Shown: positions 50,142 through 60,900 of the stretch, in pieces
Layout of the letters: each line of letters starts with the position of its first letter
Numbering within the stretch: the first letter of the stretch is position 1
NCBI GenBank assembly: GCA_048571215.1
Contig: CP182352.1
Coordinates: 3,488,001 to 3,552,000, forward strand
DNA: 64,000 nt
Direction: 5' to 3'
From: Halarcobacter sp.
GTDB lineage: Bacteria > Campylobacterota > Campylobacteria > Campylobacterales > Arcobacteraceae
Program-made: the position numbers and the translations under genes
Notes under the pieces: generated by a model
Databases searched by the model: none
Seen by the model: only the letters and a program-made list of their open reading frames with translations
Told to the model about the DNA's origin: nothing

Positions 50142-52340
50142 ATGATGAAATTTTTAATAGTTTTTATAATTTGTACCTTATCACTGTTTGCTTTTGAGAA
50201 AAATGAGATACTTTTATTACACTCTTATAATAAGGGTTTAAAATGGAGTGATGGAATATCAAAGGGTGTTAATGAAGTGTTTGAAAAACATCCAGAATAT
50301 GAACTGACAACTGAATATATGGATAGTAAGAAGATTGATACAGATGAATATCTAGAAACACTTTTAAGACTTTATGAACTTAAATTCTCAAAAAGAGAGT
50401 ACAAAGCTGTAATAGTTGCAGATAATTATGCTTATATATTTGCTTTAAAATATCATAAAAAGCTTTTTAAAAATGTACCAATAATATTTTGTGGACTTGA
50501 GAATTTTGAAGAAAATATAATTCCTAAAAACTTAAGAAATAAAATTACAGGGGTGATAGAGTATAAGGATGTTAAAAAAAATCTAAAGCTAATTAGTAGG
50601 GTTATAAAAAACTTGAATACAGTTTATATAATAAGTGATGATACTTTATCGTCAAATAAAATTAAACCACAAATTTTGGAAGATGCTAAAGCTTTCGAAA
50701 AAAAATTTAATGTAATCTATGATAATAAAATTGAGTTTGGAAAATTAAATAATACAGTAAAAAAACTGCCAAAAAATAGTGCAGTTTTATTTACAAGTTT
50801 TTATGTAGATAAAAATGGTGAGTATATTCCGTATAATAAAATAAGAGAGTTTTTTAAAACATCTAAATATCCAGTTTTTGCTCTAAATACTATACATCTA
50901 GGAGAAGGTGTAGTTGGTGGTATTATGATAGACCCTCAACAACAAGGTATTTTGGCTGCAAAAAAAGTTTTTGAAATCTTTTCAGGAAAAAAGATTAGTA
51001 ATATACCAGTGGAAAAACCTACAGGTAAATACTATTTTGACTATAAAGTTTTAAAAAAGTTTGATTTACTAAATAGTAATATCTCTACCCTTTCAACTAT
51101 TATAAATAAACCAAAAAACTTTTTTGATAATAATAGGGAATTAGTAAATAGTGTATTTGTTATGGTACCTATATTGATATTGTTATTGCTGGGACTAATT
51201 GTGGCTATTGTTAGAAATACAAAGGCTGAGATAAAACTATTTGAGCAAAATAAACTTGATAATGTTTTACTGAACAACATAAAAAATGCAATATTTTGGG
51301 AAAGTAATGATGGAGTTGTATTGGGATGCAACAATGCATTTTGTAAATTTGTAAAACTTCATAAAGATGATATTTTGGGAAACAAAGTTTTTAATCTTAT
51401 GCCTGTTGGAATACAAAGATTAAAAATTTTACATAAAACCTTTGAAGAGGAAGAGATTCTTATAAAAGATGAAAAAAATCAAGAAAGATATCTATTTATA
51501 AGAAGAAAACAGTATTTTGATAAAAAAGAGAGAAAAGCTGGTGTTGTTACAGTTATAAGTGATCATACAAATATAAAACAACTTGAGAAAAGACGACAAA
51601 ATGATGAGAAGTTTGTAGTCCAAAGAGCAAAAACTGCAGAAATAGGGGAGATGATAACCTCAATTGCCCACCAATGGAAAAAACCTCTTATTGAGATTTC
51701 TACTATAGTTCAAGAGTTACTATATAAAAGAAGTAAAAAAGATATTAGTGTAAAAGAGACTAAAGAGTATGTAGATGAGATTATGACACAAGTTCAATAT
51801 ATGACACAAACTATTGATAATTTTAGAAGTTTTATAAAACCCTCTATAAAAAAGAGTAACTTTTGTATAAAGAAATCATTTGATTCTATTTTAGAGGTGA
51901 TGGAGCATAGTATTAAATATAATTATGTAGATTTGAAAGTTAGTTATGAAGGGGATAACTTAAGAATTTGTGCCTATGAAAATGAGTTTAAACAGTGTAT
52001 AATAAGTATTATAAATAATAGTATTGATAGCATAAAAAAACAAAAAAAACAAAAAGATATTGAGGGTAAAATAGTTATAGATGTATATGAAGAGAGTGAA
52101 AAAATATTTATAAGTGTAAAAGATAATGGAATAGGTATAAAACAGGATAATTTAAAAAAGGTATTTGACCCATTTTTTAGTACAAAACCAAATGGAGATG
52201 GTTTTGGACTCTATATGACAAAACTTATAATTGAAGAAAAAATGTCTGGAAGTATAGAGGCTTTAGAGTGTAATGATGGGGCAAATATTTTAATAAAATT
52301 TGAAAATAAAAGTTGTAAAGATGAAAATACTAGTACTTGA
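50142..52340 (+). CDS. Sensor histidine kinase (periplasmic binding-protein-like domain plus PAS)
   Basis: LLHSY..G..W, EYMDSK, TM, PAS, IAHQWKKPL, DNG.GI, FDPFFSTK, GFGL. Confidence 0.92.
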   Translation: MMKFLIVFIICTLSLFAFEKNEILLLHSYNKGLKWSDGISKGVNEVFEKHPEYELTTEYMDSKKIDTDEYLETLLRLYELKFSKREYKAVIVADNYAYIFALKYHKKLFKNVPIIFCGLENFEENIIPKNLRNKITGVIEYKDVKKNLKLISRVIKNLNTVYIISDDTLSSNKIKPQILEDAKAFEKKFNVIYDNKIEFGKLNNTVKKLPKNSAVLFTSFYVDKNGEYIPYNKIREFFKTSKYPVFALNTIHLGEGVVGGIMIDPQQQGILAAKKVFEIFSGKKISNIPVEKPTGKYYFDYKVLKKFDLLNSNISTLSTIINKPKNFFDNNRELVNSVFVMVPILILLLLGLIVAIVRNTKAEIKLFEQNKLDNVLLNNIKNAIFWESNDGVVLGCNNAFCKFVKLHKDDILGNKVFNLMPVGIQRLKILHKTFEEEEILIKDEKNQERYLFIRRKQYFDKKERKAGVVTVISDHTNIKQLEKRRQNDEKFVVQRAKTAEIGEMITSIAHQWKKPLIEISTIVQELLYKRSKKDISVKETKEYVDEIMTQVQYMTQTIDNFRSFIKPSIKKSNFCIKKSFDSILEVMEHSIKYNYVDLKVSYEGDNLRICAYENEFKQCIISIINNSIDSIKKQKKQKDIEGKIVIDVYEESEKIFISVKDNGIGIKQDNLKKVFDPFFSTKPNGDGFGLYMTKLIIEEKMSGSIEALECNDGANILIKFENKSCKDENTST

Positions 52341-52971
52341 AGATAATACAAGATTATCAAAACTTATTAAAGAATCTTTAGAAGAAAAAAACTATAAGGT
52401 TGATCTTTTTGAAGATGGAAAAGAGGCAGTTAAAAAAATATATGATGGATATGATTGTTTTGTTTTGGATATAAATGTTCCAGGGATTGATGGACTTACA
52501 ATACTTAGTGAAATTAAAAATATTGAGAAAAAAATCCCATGTATAATTATTAGTGCAAATGTGGATTTAGAAACCTTAAAAGATGCCTATGGAAAAGGGT
52601 GCAACGAATATTTGAAAAAACCATTTTATATATATGAGTTAGAATTAAAAATAGAAAAGCTTTGTAAAAAAGATAGGGATCTGATTTTATTAAAAGATGA
52701 TACATCTTATAGCTTAGAAAAAGAAAAACTTTTTAAAGGTGAAGAGGAGATTAAACTATCAAAAAAAGAGATACTTCTTTTAAACCTTTTTTCTAAAAAT
52801 TTAGAAAAAATAGTTACCTTTGAACATATTGAACAATATGTATGGGAAGGGGATTTAACTACTACTGAAAACATAAGAGCCCTTATAAAAAGAATTAGAA
52901 GAAAACTGCCAAAAGATACAATAGTTTCCCAAGGTGGTATGGGATACAAATTGGTTTTAAGGGATAAATAG
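52321..52971 (+). CDS. OmpR-family response regulator
   Basis: MKILVLEDN, LDINVP, YLKKPF, GMGY. Confidence 0.93.
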   Translation: MKILVLEDNTRLSKLIKESLEEKNYKVDLFEDGKEAVKKIYDGYDCFVLDINVPGIDGLTILSEIKNIEKKIPCIIISANVDLETLKDAYGKGCNEYLKKPFYIYELELKIEKLCKKDRDLILLKDDTSYSLEKEKLFKGEEEIKLSKKEILLLNLFSKNLEKIVTFEHIEQYVWEGDLTTTENIRALIKRIRRKLPKDTIVSQGGMGYKLVLRDK

Positions 52972-53916
52972 ATGATAGATTTTTCTAGTTCATTAAATTT
53001 TTTGAAACCAAATATACAAATAGATTATAGTAGTTTTGATACTATAAAAGAGCATAACTATAAAAAACTTTTAACACTACTTGCAAAAAAATATAATCTT
53101 TCAAAATCAAAAATAGAATTATACAATGGCTATAGTTCATCAATATATTCTATATTGAAATTTTTGGATTTGAAGTATTGTTTTATCTATAAACCTTGTG
53201 AATTAGAATATCAAAAAGCAGCTATTAATCTAGGATATGAACTAAGGGCTATAAATAGATTTGAAAATATATATTTGCCCATAAAAGAGAAAAGTGTTGT
53301 TATCTTTATGAATCCTTCTTTTTTAGATGGGACATATTATGAACTAGATAAATTGTTTGAATATTGGGTTTCAAAAGATGCAAGAATAATTATAGATGAG
53401 AGTTTTTTAGATTATTGTAATCTAAAATCAAAAGTTGAAGATATAGAAAAATATGAAAATCTTTATGTCATAAAAGATTTTAGTAGATATTTTTCAAATA
53501 ATTTACTAAATGTTTCTTCTATTTTTTCAAGTGAAGAAAATATAAAGAAACTTAGAAAATATGAACCAAGTAGTAAACTTTCAATTTATGATATAAAATA
53601 TTTAGAAGAATCTTTAAAAGATGAAAAATTTAAAACTATATCAAATAGTGTAAATATAAAAAATAGGATTGAGCTTGAAAATGCTTTTTTTGCTACAGGA
53701 TTAGTTGATATAGTTTTTCAAAGCAGTTCAAATTCATTGTTGATAAAACTAAAAGATGAGGTAGATGTAGAAAGCTTGCAAAATAAATTTAAACAGAAAA
53801 ATATAAATATTTTAACTTGTGCTAAATATGACTTCTTGGATGAGTTTTATATAAATATCTATGTGAACTCTAAAGATAAAATTGAGAAGTTAAAAGAGGT
53901 TTTAGATGTTATTTAA
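52972..53916 (+). CDS. Class I/II PLP aminotransferase-fold protein (CobD/HisC-like), apparently degenerate
   Basis: IDFSSSLN, NG.S..IY, NPS..DG, IIDESFLDY; the PLP-lysine segment reads KDFSRYFS. Confidence 0.7.
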   Translation: MIDFSSSLNFLKPNIQIDYSSFDTIKEHNYKKLLTLLAKKYNLSKSKIELYNGYSSSIYSILKFLDLKYCFIYKPCELEYQKAAINLGYELRAINRFENIYLPIKEKSVVIFMNPSFLDGTYYELDKLFEYWVSKDARIIIDESFLDYCNLKSKVEDIEKYENLYVIKDFSRYFSNNLLNVSSIFSSEENIKKLRKYEPSSKLSIYDIKYLEESLKDEKFKTISNSVNIKNRIELENAFFATGLVDIVFQSSSNSLLIKLKDEVDVESLQNKFKQKNINILTCAKYDFLDEFYINIYVNSKDKIEKLKEVLDVI

Positions 53917-54505
53917 AAGTAAAACAGCTTATATTTTGTCTACACTTATCTCAATATTCTCTATTGTATTTTTTATCATTATTATTTATAAATCTTTTTT
54001 TATAGTTAAAAATCAGTTTATAGATATAGAAGGCTTAACTTATGTAAATCAAGTTCAAACAGATGATTATATAAAAAATTTAGCAAACAATTTAACACAA
54101 GGGTGTGATAATAAAGTTTGTGAAGTACAAAGTATGTTGGATTTTGTTACAAATATACCATACAAAGTGAATAAATCAGTTGCAAGAAGTGCACAAAATG
54201 TTATAAAACAAAACTTTGGGGATTGTGATGACAAGAGTAATTTACTTATTTCTCTACTTCATGCAAAAGGATATGAAGCTTATTTTGTAGTTGTACCAAA
54301 ACATATTTTTGTTATTGTTCATTTAAATAAAAAGATAAATAAAAAAGCACTTTATGTAAATGGTAAAGCCTATTATAAATTGGAAAGCACTGCAAAAGGT
54401 TCAACAATAGGGTTCCCCCTAAAATATAGATTTAGTGAGATAAAAGCTATTATTGATCCATTTAAAAATAAAAAGTTGGTAGTTGAGTCTTTATCTTACC
54501 AATAA
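53906..54505 (+). CDS. Membrane-anchored transglutaminase-like protein
   Basis: TM segment; GDCDDKS.LL.SLL, PKH, LEST. Confidence 0.8.
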   Translation: MLFKSKTAYILSTLISIFSIVFFIIIIYKSFFIVKNQFIDIEGLTYVNQVQTDDYIKNLANNLTQGCDNKVCEVQSMLDFVTNIPYKVNKSVARSAQNVIKQNFGDCDDKSNLLISLLHAKGYEAYFVVVPKHIFVIVHLNKKINKKALYVNGKAYYKLESTAKGSTIGFPLKYRFSEIKAIIDPFKNKKLVVESLSYQ

Positions 54506-54616
54506 TAAAAGAACTATTTTCACTCATCTTTTGCATTGTTAGTTCTTTTATTTTAATTTAGTAAAATATTTTAAATGATAAAAACAAAGATATTAATAAA
54601 GGAAAATGATTAGACT

Positions 54617-55066
54617 ATGATAGCAGTGATTCAAAGAGTAAGTTCTTCAAGTGTAAAAGTAGAGGGTGATGTTGTTGGAAAAATAGGAAAAGGTTTAAAT
54701 ATTTTACTTGGTGTTAAAAAGGGTGACTCTAGTGAAGATATAAAAAAGTTGGTTTCAAAAATTGTAAATCTTAGAATTTTTCAAGATGAAAATGAGAAGA
54801 TGAATCTATCACTAAAAGATATCCAAGGTGAAGCTTTAGTTATCTCTCAATTTACACTTGCAGGCAATATAAAAAAAGGAAGGCGTCCAAGCTTTGATTT
54901 AAGTGAAACTCCCAAAATAGCAAATAAGCTTTATGAAGAGTTTATAGATGATATGATAAAAGAAGATATCAAAGTAGAATGTGGTCTCTTTGGTGCAAAG
55001 ATGGATGTAAGTATTCAAAACGATGGGCCAGTTACTTTTATAATAGATTCTAAGGAATTAAATTGA
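54617..55066 (+). CDS. dtd: D-aminoacyl-tRNA deacylase
   Basis: VIQRV, LRIF.D...KMN, SQFTL, GRRPSF, NDGPVT. Confidence 0.97.
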   Translation: MIAVIQRVSSSSVKVEGDVVGKIGKGLNILLGVKKGDSSEDIKKLVSKIVNLRIFQDENEKMNLSLKDIQGEALVISQFTLAGNIKKGRRPSFDLSETPKIANKLYEEFIDDMIKEDIKVECGLFGAKMDVSIQNDGPVTFIIDSKELN

Positions 55067-55488
55067 CATATAATGAATGGTTTGAAGCTCATGGAAAAAA
55101 ACATGCAAAGATAATAGAAAAACTAAAAGATAAAAGTGATGATGAGCTTATAGCGTATTTTAGATTTGATAATATGGTTAAAAAAGAGCCTGACTTTTGT
55201 CCACTATATAAGGATAATAAAAAGTGCCATGATTATGAAGAGTTGAACTGTTATTTATGTGCTTGTCCAAATTTTAGATTTGATGATGAGGGTTTTGAAA
55301 AACAAGGGGATAAAACTTTATTTTCTTATTGTAGTATTGATTCTAAAGATGGGGATCAATATCTTGGAGAAGATTATATTCATCAAAATTGTTCTGGGTG
55401 TTTAGTTCCCCATAAAGAAAGATATATAAAAAAACATTTTCATAGAAATTGGTTCAAAATCATGCAAAAGGTTAGTCCAAAACAATAG
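55063..55488 (+). CDS. Cysteine-rich small-domain protein (putative Zn/Fe-S binding)
   Basis: FCPLY, CH...NCYLCACP, YC, CSGCLVPH. Confidence 0.75.
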   Translation: MTYNEWFEAHGKKHAKIIEKLKDKSDDELIAYFRFDNMVKKEPDFCPLYKDNKKCHDYEELNCYLCACPNFRFDDEGFEKQGDKTLFSYCSIDSKDGDQYLGEDYIHQNCSGCLVPHKERYIKKHFHRNWFKIMQKVSPKQ

Positions 55489-56692
55489 AGAAGATATTTT
55501 CACCTTTGTGATGGGTATAGCTTAGTTTATAATCGTGTAGATTTGCAATGGTTTTTACTATATAGAGTCCAAGCCCAAAACCATCACTTCTTTTTTCCTC
55601 TTGAGAAAATGGTTCTGTGTAGTATTCTAGTTTATTTTTAAGAGGTTCCCCTTTTGAGATGACATCGATTCTATATTTAGTAGCTTTTATAGTTGCATGA
55701 TTATCTTCTGAAAACTTAATTGCATTGTCTATTAGATTTTTAAGGGCAATAGAAAACATAGAAGCATCTGCATTTAGTTTAAAGTCATTGATTTTTGTAC
55801 TGATTTTGCTAGCATTTATCATAGCAATCTCAATAGTTTTTGTATATATATTAAAAAATGAGGTTAACTCCTTGTAAACAAAAGTATTATTTGAGGTTAA
55901 CTTCTCAACCATTGCTAACTCTTTTATAATATCATCCATTCTGTGAAAAGCTTTTTGTAGAGTGTTTCTTTTTTTATCATCATCCAAAGTTTCAGCTATA
56001 AACATCGCTTTTGTAATTGGAGTTTTTAGTTCATGCATCATATTTCGCATAAATAGGTCTTTTGACTTTGTTTGGTTGTTAATATGTGTTATAGCATCAT
56101 TAAAAGTTTTTGCAATAGTTCCAATCTCATCTGAACTATTAGAGCATATTTTTACATTTAAATCCCCATTTGAAAATCTTTTTATCTCTTTATTTAATTT
56201 TTTAAGGGGTTTTAGTTTTCTTTTTAATATATAGTATAAGAGTACTAAAATACCCAATGAAAAGGTCATTGCAATAAAGATTATAATAAGATTGTATTTA
56301 TAACCTTGGGTATCTTGGAACATAATATTGTATCCATCTCTTTGCACATAGATATATAAAGTATCATCTAAAATATAGATTCTATACATCCCTTGGCTTG
56401 TATCTCTTAGGATTAATTGTTTTGCAGTATTTATAATATTTAGCTTAATATCATCATCTTCAATAAGTTTTATTTTAAATTGGTCTGTAAATATTTTTAC
56501 TCCACTTACAGTTGGTTTGGTATCTAAAGTTTTTAAAATACTTTCAGCTATTAATTCATGTTTTTTTTGAGTAGTTATTATATATCTTTGTTTATCTAAT
56601 TTTATAAAAATTGCAAAGGTAAGGGTAACAGCAATAACTGCCAAAATAAAAATAGTATTGATAAAAGCAGATATAGATATATTTTTTATCAT
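55472..56692 (-). CDS. ArsS/RacS-like HAMP sensor histidine kinase
   Basis: Two TMs, HAMP, MHELKTPITK, NLIDNAIKF, GFGLGLYIV. Confidence 0.92.
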   Translation of the reverse strand: MIKNISISAFINTIFILAVIAVTLTFAIFIKLDKQRYIITTQKKHELIAESILKTLDTKPTVSGVKIFTDQFKIKLIEDDDIKLNIINTAKQLILRDTSQGMYRIYILDDTLYIYVQRDGYNIMFQDTQGYKYNLIIIFIAMTFSLGILVLLYYILKRKLKPLKKLNKEIKRFSNGDLNVKICSNSSDEIGTIAKTFNDAITHINNQTKSKDLFMRNMMHELKTPITKAMFIAETLDDDKKRNTLQKAFHRMDDIIKELAMVEKLTSNNTFVYKELTSFFNIYTKTIEIAMINASKISTKINDFKLNADASMFSIALKNLIDNAIKFSEDNHATIKATKYRIDVISKGEPLKNKLEYYTEPFSQEEKRSDGFGLGLYIVKTIANLHDYKLSYTHHKGENIFSIVLD

Positions 56693-57363
56693 AAAAGTTG
56701 GTAACCTATTCCTCGTACAGATTTTATATAGGTTTTACTATCATCAATTTTAGATAGTTTTGAACGGATTCTAGAAACCATAACATCAATATTTTTTAAA
56801 CTACTATCATCTTCTATATGGTCACTAGCATAAATAAAATCTTCCCTTGCTATAACAGCACCATTTCTTTGAATAAGAAGTTTTAATATATCAAATTCTG
56901 CTAAGGTAAGGGTTAGAAGTTGCTCTTTAAAATATATTTGAATATCATCCTCTTTTAGTAAAAAATCAGATTTTTTTATATTATCTTGTTTTTTCTCTAA
57001 AGGAGTTATCCTTTTTAAAATAGCCTTTATTCTAGCTTGTAGCTCTCTTGGATTGTATGGTTTAGGAAGATAATCATCAGCGCCTCTTTCTAATCCCATT
57101 ACTTTATCTAAGATATCATCCCTTGCACTAGAGATAATAATAGGAATTTCTGATTTTTGTCTAATTTTTGGAATTAATTCTAGACCATCTATTTCAGGTA
57201 GGGTCAAATCTAAGATAATTAGTTTATAATCTTTCAAACTTAGCATTGATAGCCCATTATATGGGCTATCTGTATTTGTAACTTCTATATCATAAGAAGC
57301 TAAATAGTCAGTGATGATTTGTGCTAGCTCTAAATCATCCTCTATCATAAGTACTTGTACTAT
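56689..57363 (-). CDS. OmpR-family response regulator (ArsR/RacR/CpxR-like); probable ATA start
   Basis: VQVLMIEDD, LDLTLP..DG, GADDYLPKP, VRGIGY. The first canonical ATG is at 57348. Confidence 0.9.
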   Translation of the reverse strand: MVQVLMIEDDLELAQIITDYLASYDIEVTNTDSPYNGLSMLSLKDYKLIILDLTLPEIDGLELIPKIRQKSEIPIIISSARDDILDKVMGLERGADDYLPKPYNPRELQARIKAILKRITPLEKKQDNIKKSDFLLKEDDIQIYFKEQLLTLTLAEFDILKLLIQRNGAVIAREDFIYASDHIEDDSSLKNIDVMVSRIRSKLSKIDDSKTYIKSVRGIGYQLL

Positions 57364-57373
57364 GGCAAATCCT

Positions 57374-58792
57374 TTATTTAATAGCTAAAAGAATAGTTTG
57401 TCCATATCTATTGACATAAACTCTTTTGTTTTTATTATTATACTTTCTTATAGCTTGTTGTACATCAGCGAAACTCTTAATTTCTATATCTTCTATTTGA
57501 ATAATAACATCACCTGCTTGAAAACCAACTTTTTCAGCTTGTGAATTTGGTTCTACTCCTGTTACTAAAACTCCAGTTGAATTTGAACTAAGTCTAAATC
57601 TTTGGATCATATTTGCATCTAATTCTGATAGAAGTAAACCACCTAAAAAATTCCCATTATTTGCATCTGATGTTACAAGTCCAGCCCTATTTCCTAGGGT
57701 AATATTAAGTTCGATATTTCTTTTATCTCTTTCAAGTTTTATTGATACAGTATCATTTGGTTTAAATGAAGCGATAACATTTTGTAAATCTTTTCTATTT
57801 TTAATCTCTTTATTGTTTATAGAGTAGATTAAATCTCCCCTTTTTAGTCCAGCTTTTTGTGCAGGTGTGTCATTTGCAACATCTAAGATTAATGCCCCTT
57901 TATTATGTGAATAAAGTTTTTCTATATTTGGTTTTAAATCATCTATTACAACACCTAAATAACCTCTTGTAACTTTTCCATCAGCAATAAGTTTTTTTGC
58001 TACATCTTTTACCATTGAGATAGGAATTGCAAAACCAATACCATTGTTTCCACCACTTTTTGAGATAATTGCACTATTAATACCAATTAAAGCACCTCTA
58101 CTATCTACAAGTGCACCACCTGAGTTTCCTGGGTTAATTGAAGCATCTGTTTGAATAAAGTTTTCATATCTATTTATACCTACATGGTCTTTATTTAGTG
58201 CAGAGATAATACCTTGGGTTACTGTTGTACCTATCCCAAATGGGTTCCCAATAGCAAAAATCAAATCTCCAACTTTTAAATCAGTTGAGTAGCCAAATTC
58301 GATTGCTTTAAAATTGTTACCTTCTATTTTTATAACTGCCAAATCACTATCAGAGTCTTTTCCTATAACTCTTGCGTTGTACTCTTTTGGGTTATCCCCA
58401 ATAGTTACAGATATCTCATCTGCATTTTCAACAACATGATTATTTGTAATTATATAACCATCTTTCGAGATAATAACACCAGAACCAAGTGATCTTTGAA
58501 TTTTATTTTGCTGAAATCTATCATTAAATTGATCTCCAAAAAATCTTCTTAAAAATGGGTCATTGAACATTTGAAATGGGATATTTCCTGCATTTGCAAT
58601 TACCCTTCTTTTGGCTGCAATATTTACAACTGATTTCATTGAGTCTTTAATACTGTTGTTAAAAGATAAAATTTCATTAGCACTATTTGGAATTACTCTT
58701 GCAGGTTCTTTTGGTGCCATTTGAAATTCAACATTGGCTGCAAATATATTGGTAGCAATTAATGTAGCTATCAAAAAACTTTTGTTTAACAT
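57374..58792 (-). CDS. htrA: Periplasmic DegP/DegQ serine protease
   Basis: GSGVI, TNNHV, DLAV, TDASINPGNSGG, two PDZ domains. Confidence 0.96.
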   Translation of the reverse strand: MLNKSFLIATLIATNIFAANVEFQMAPKEPARVIPNSANEILSFNNSIKDSMKSVVNIAAKRRVIANAGNIPFQMFNDPFLRRFFGDQFNDRFQQNKIQRSLGSGVIISKDGYIITNNHVVENADEISVTIGDNPKEYNARVIGKDSDSDLAVIKIEGNNFKAIEFGYSTDLKVGDLIFAIGNPFGIGTTVTQGIISALNKDHVGINRYENFIQTDASINPGNSGGALVDSRGALIGINSAIISKSGGNNGIGFAIPISMVKDVAKKLIADGKVTRGYLGVVIDDLKPNIEKLYSHNKGALILDVANDTPAQKAGLKRGDLIYSINNKEIKNRKDLQNVIASFKPNDTVSIKLERDKRNIELNITLGNRAGLVTSDANNGNFLGGLLLSELDANMIQRFRLSSNSTGVLVTGVEPNSQAEKVGFQAGDVIIQIEDIEIKSFADVQQAIRKYNNKNKRVYVNRYGQTILLAIK

Positions 58793-58919
58793 TTTTGGTC
58801 CTTCTTAAAATTTTATTAATATTTAAATTATAATAGCTAAATGTAAACTATTATTGAATAAAATGTAAATAAATAATTAACGCAAAGTGTAGAAATTGTG
58901 GAGTTTTGAAGGGTTTTTG

Positions 58920-58948
58920 CTAAGATGTAGTATAAAACTACATCTTAG
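58920..58948 (-). terminator. Hairpin after ilvD
   Basis: CTAAGATGTAGT-ATAAA-ACTACATCTTAG. Confidence 0.7.
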
Positions 58949-58950
58949 TA

Positions 58951-60642
58951 TTAAAATAGGTCAGTTTTTAAAACAGCTCCACTACTTGCATTTGTAACTA
59001 AGCTTCTATATTGTCCTAACCATTTAGATTTTAGAGTCTTTTTAAGAGGAGTAAACTCTGCTTTTCTTTTTTCTATCTCTTCCTCAGATAAGTTTACAGA
59101 TAAAATATATTGGTCAACATCAATATGAATCTCATCACCATCTTTAAGTAAACCAATCATTCCACCTTCAGCAGCTTCAGGAGATACATGTCCAATTGAA
59201 GCTCCTCTTGTAGCACCTGAAAATCTTCCATCAGTGATAAGGGCAACTTTATCTCCAAGTCCCATACCCATGATAAGTGAAGTTGGAGCTAGCATCTCTT
59301 GCATACCTGGGCCACCTTTTGGACCTTCATATCTAATAACAACTACATCGCCAGCTTTTACTTTACCACCAACAATTCCAGCAATTGCTTCAGGTTGTCC
59401 ATCAAAACAAACAGCACTACCTGTAAATACTCTTTCTCCTGTTATACCAGCAGTTTTGATAACAGCACCTTGTTCTGCTAAATTTCCATAAAGAATAGCA
59501 AGACCACCAACTTTTGAATAAGGGTTATCAATAGTATGGATGATATTAGTATCTTTTATATATGCATCAGAGATTTTTTCATATAAAGACTCACCTGAGA
59601 TAGTTAAATTATCTATTAAGATATCATCACCTCTTTTTGTCATCTCTTTCATAACTGCATTAACCCCACCAGCTTTATTTATATCTTCCATGTGTACTGT
59701 TGAAAGTGATGGAGAGATTTTAGCTATATGTGAGACTTTTTTAGAAATAGAGTTTATATCTTCAAGATTAAAACTAACTTCTGCTTCTTTTGCAATAGCA
59801 AGCATATGTAGAACTGTATTTGAACTTCCACCCATTGCCATATCAACTGCAAAAGCATTTCTAACTGCATTTTCATTTAAGATATTTCTTAATTGATATT
59901 TTTCTCTTGCTTTTGCATCTTTTGCTATTTCACAAATTCTTCTTGCAGCTTTTCTATATAACTCTTCTCTTTCAGGGGTTAAAGCTAGTATTGTTCCATT
60001 TCCTGGAAGTGCAATTCCCATAGCTTCCATAAGTGTATTCATAGAGTTAGCTGTAAACATACCAGAACATGAACCTCCACTAGGACAGGCATTACATTCA
60101 ATATCTTTTAAGTCTTCATCACTCATTTGACCAGCTTCATGTTTTCCCACTGCTTCAAATGCAGTAGCTAAATCAATAGGAGTTCCATCTTTAGTATGAC
60201 CTTTTTGCATAGGTCCACCTGAAACAAATATTGTAGGTACATTTACTCTTAATGCACCCATTATCATACCTGGAACAATTTTATCACAGTTTGGAATAGC
60301 AATCATGGCATCAAGTTTATGTGCATTCATTACTGTTTCAATAGAGTTTGCAATTATCTCTCTACTTGGTAAGGAAAAAAGCATACCATCATGACCCATA
60401 GCAATACCATCATCAACACCAATAGTATTAAACTCAAAAGGAACACAACCATTTGCTTTTATCTCATCTTTTATAATATCTGATACTTTATCTAAGAAAA
60501 AATGTCCTGGAATCAACTCTATAAATGAGTTAGCAACACCAATAAATGGTTTGTCAAAATCTTCATCTTTTAATCCTGTAGCTCTTAACAATGACCTATG
60601 AGGCGTTCTATCAAAACCTTTTTTTACTTCATCACTTCTCAT
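58951..60642 (-). CDS. ilvD: Dihydroxy-acid dehydratase
   Basis: [50 protein letters not shown]. Confidence 0.98.
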   Translation of the reverse strand: MRSDEVKKGFDRTPHRSLLRATGLKDEDFDKPFIGVANSFIELIPGHFFLDKVSDIIKDEIKANGCVPFEFNTIGVDDGIAMGHDGMLFSLPSREIIANSIETVMNAHKLDAMIAIPNCDKIVPGMIMGALRVNVPTIFVSGGPMQKGHTKDGTPIDLATAFEAVGKHEAGQMSDEDLKDIECNACPSGGSCSGMFTANSMNTLMEAMGIALPGNGTILALTPEREELYRKAARRICEIAKDAKAREKYQLRNILNENAVRNAFAVDMAMGGSSNTVLHMLAIAKEAEVSFNLEDINSISKKVSHIAKISPSLSTVHMEDINKAGGVNAVMKEMTKRGDDILIDNLTISGESLYEKISDAYIKDTNIIHTIDNPYSKVGGLAILYGNLAEQGAVIKTAGITGERVFTGSAVCFDGQPEAIAGIVGGKVKAGDVVVIRYEGPKGGPGMQEMLAPTSLIMGMGLGDKVALITDGRFSGATRGASIGHVSPEAAEGGMIGLLKDGDEIHIDVDQYILSVNLSEEEIEKRKAEFTPLKKTLKSKWLGQYRSLVTNASSGAVLKTDLF

Positions 60643-60711
60643 AAAAACAACCTTTAAATATTTAAATTAAAATGATTATATCAAAAATTTTAAAAAATTT
60701 TATTAAAACTC

Positions 60712-60740
60712 TTGACAAATAAAAAATTTTTGAATATAAT
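60712..60740 (+). promoter_or_regulatory. Consensus sigma70 promoter of the tRNA operon
   Basis: TTGACA-17 bp-TATAAT. Confidence 0.88.
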
Positions 60741-60788
60741 TCCACTCCAATTTGAAAGAAACGTCTTTCAAATACTACAATTTAGAGT

Positions 60789-60875
60789 GCGAGTGTGGCG
60801 GAATAGGTAGACGCGTGGGACTTAAAATCCCATTCCGGTTTCGGAGTGTGAGTTCGATTCTCACCATTCGCACCA
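60789..60875 (+). tRNA. tRNA-Leu (anticodon TAA)
   Basis: GCGAGTG/CATTCGC acceptor stem, TGGGA-CTTAAAA-TCCCA, long variable arm, TTCGA, encoded CCA. Confidence 0.96.
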
Positions 60876-60900
60876 CTTTAATTATAATCAAAATACTAGT

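Noticed and set aside
35870..59896. Short antisense or overlapping ORFs in the track (for example 35870-36115, 37124-37516, 47791-48018, 49611-50075, 59540-59896)
   Set aside because: They are shadows of well-supported genes, with no SD or recognisable motifs.
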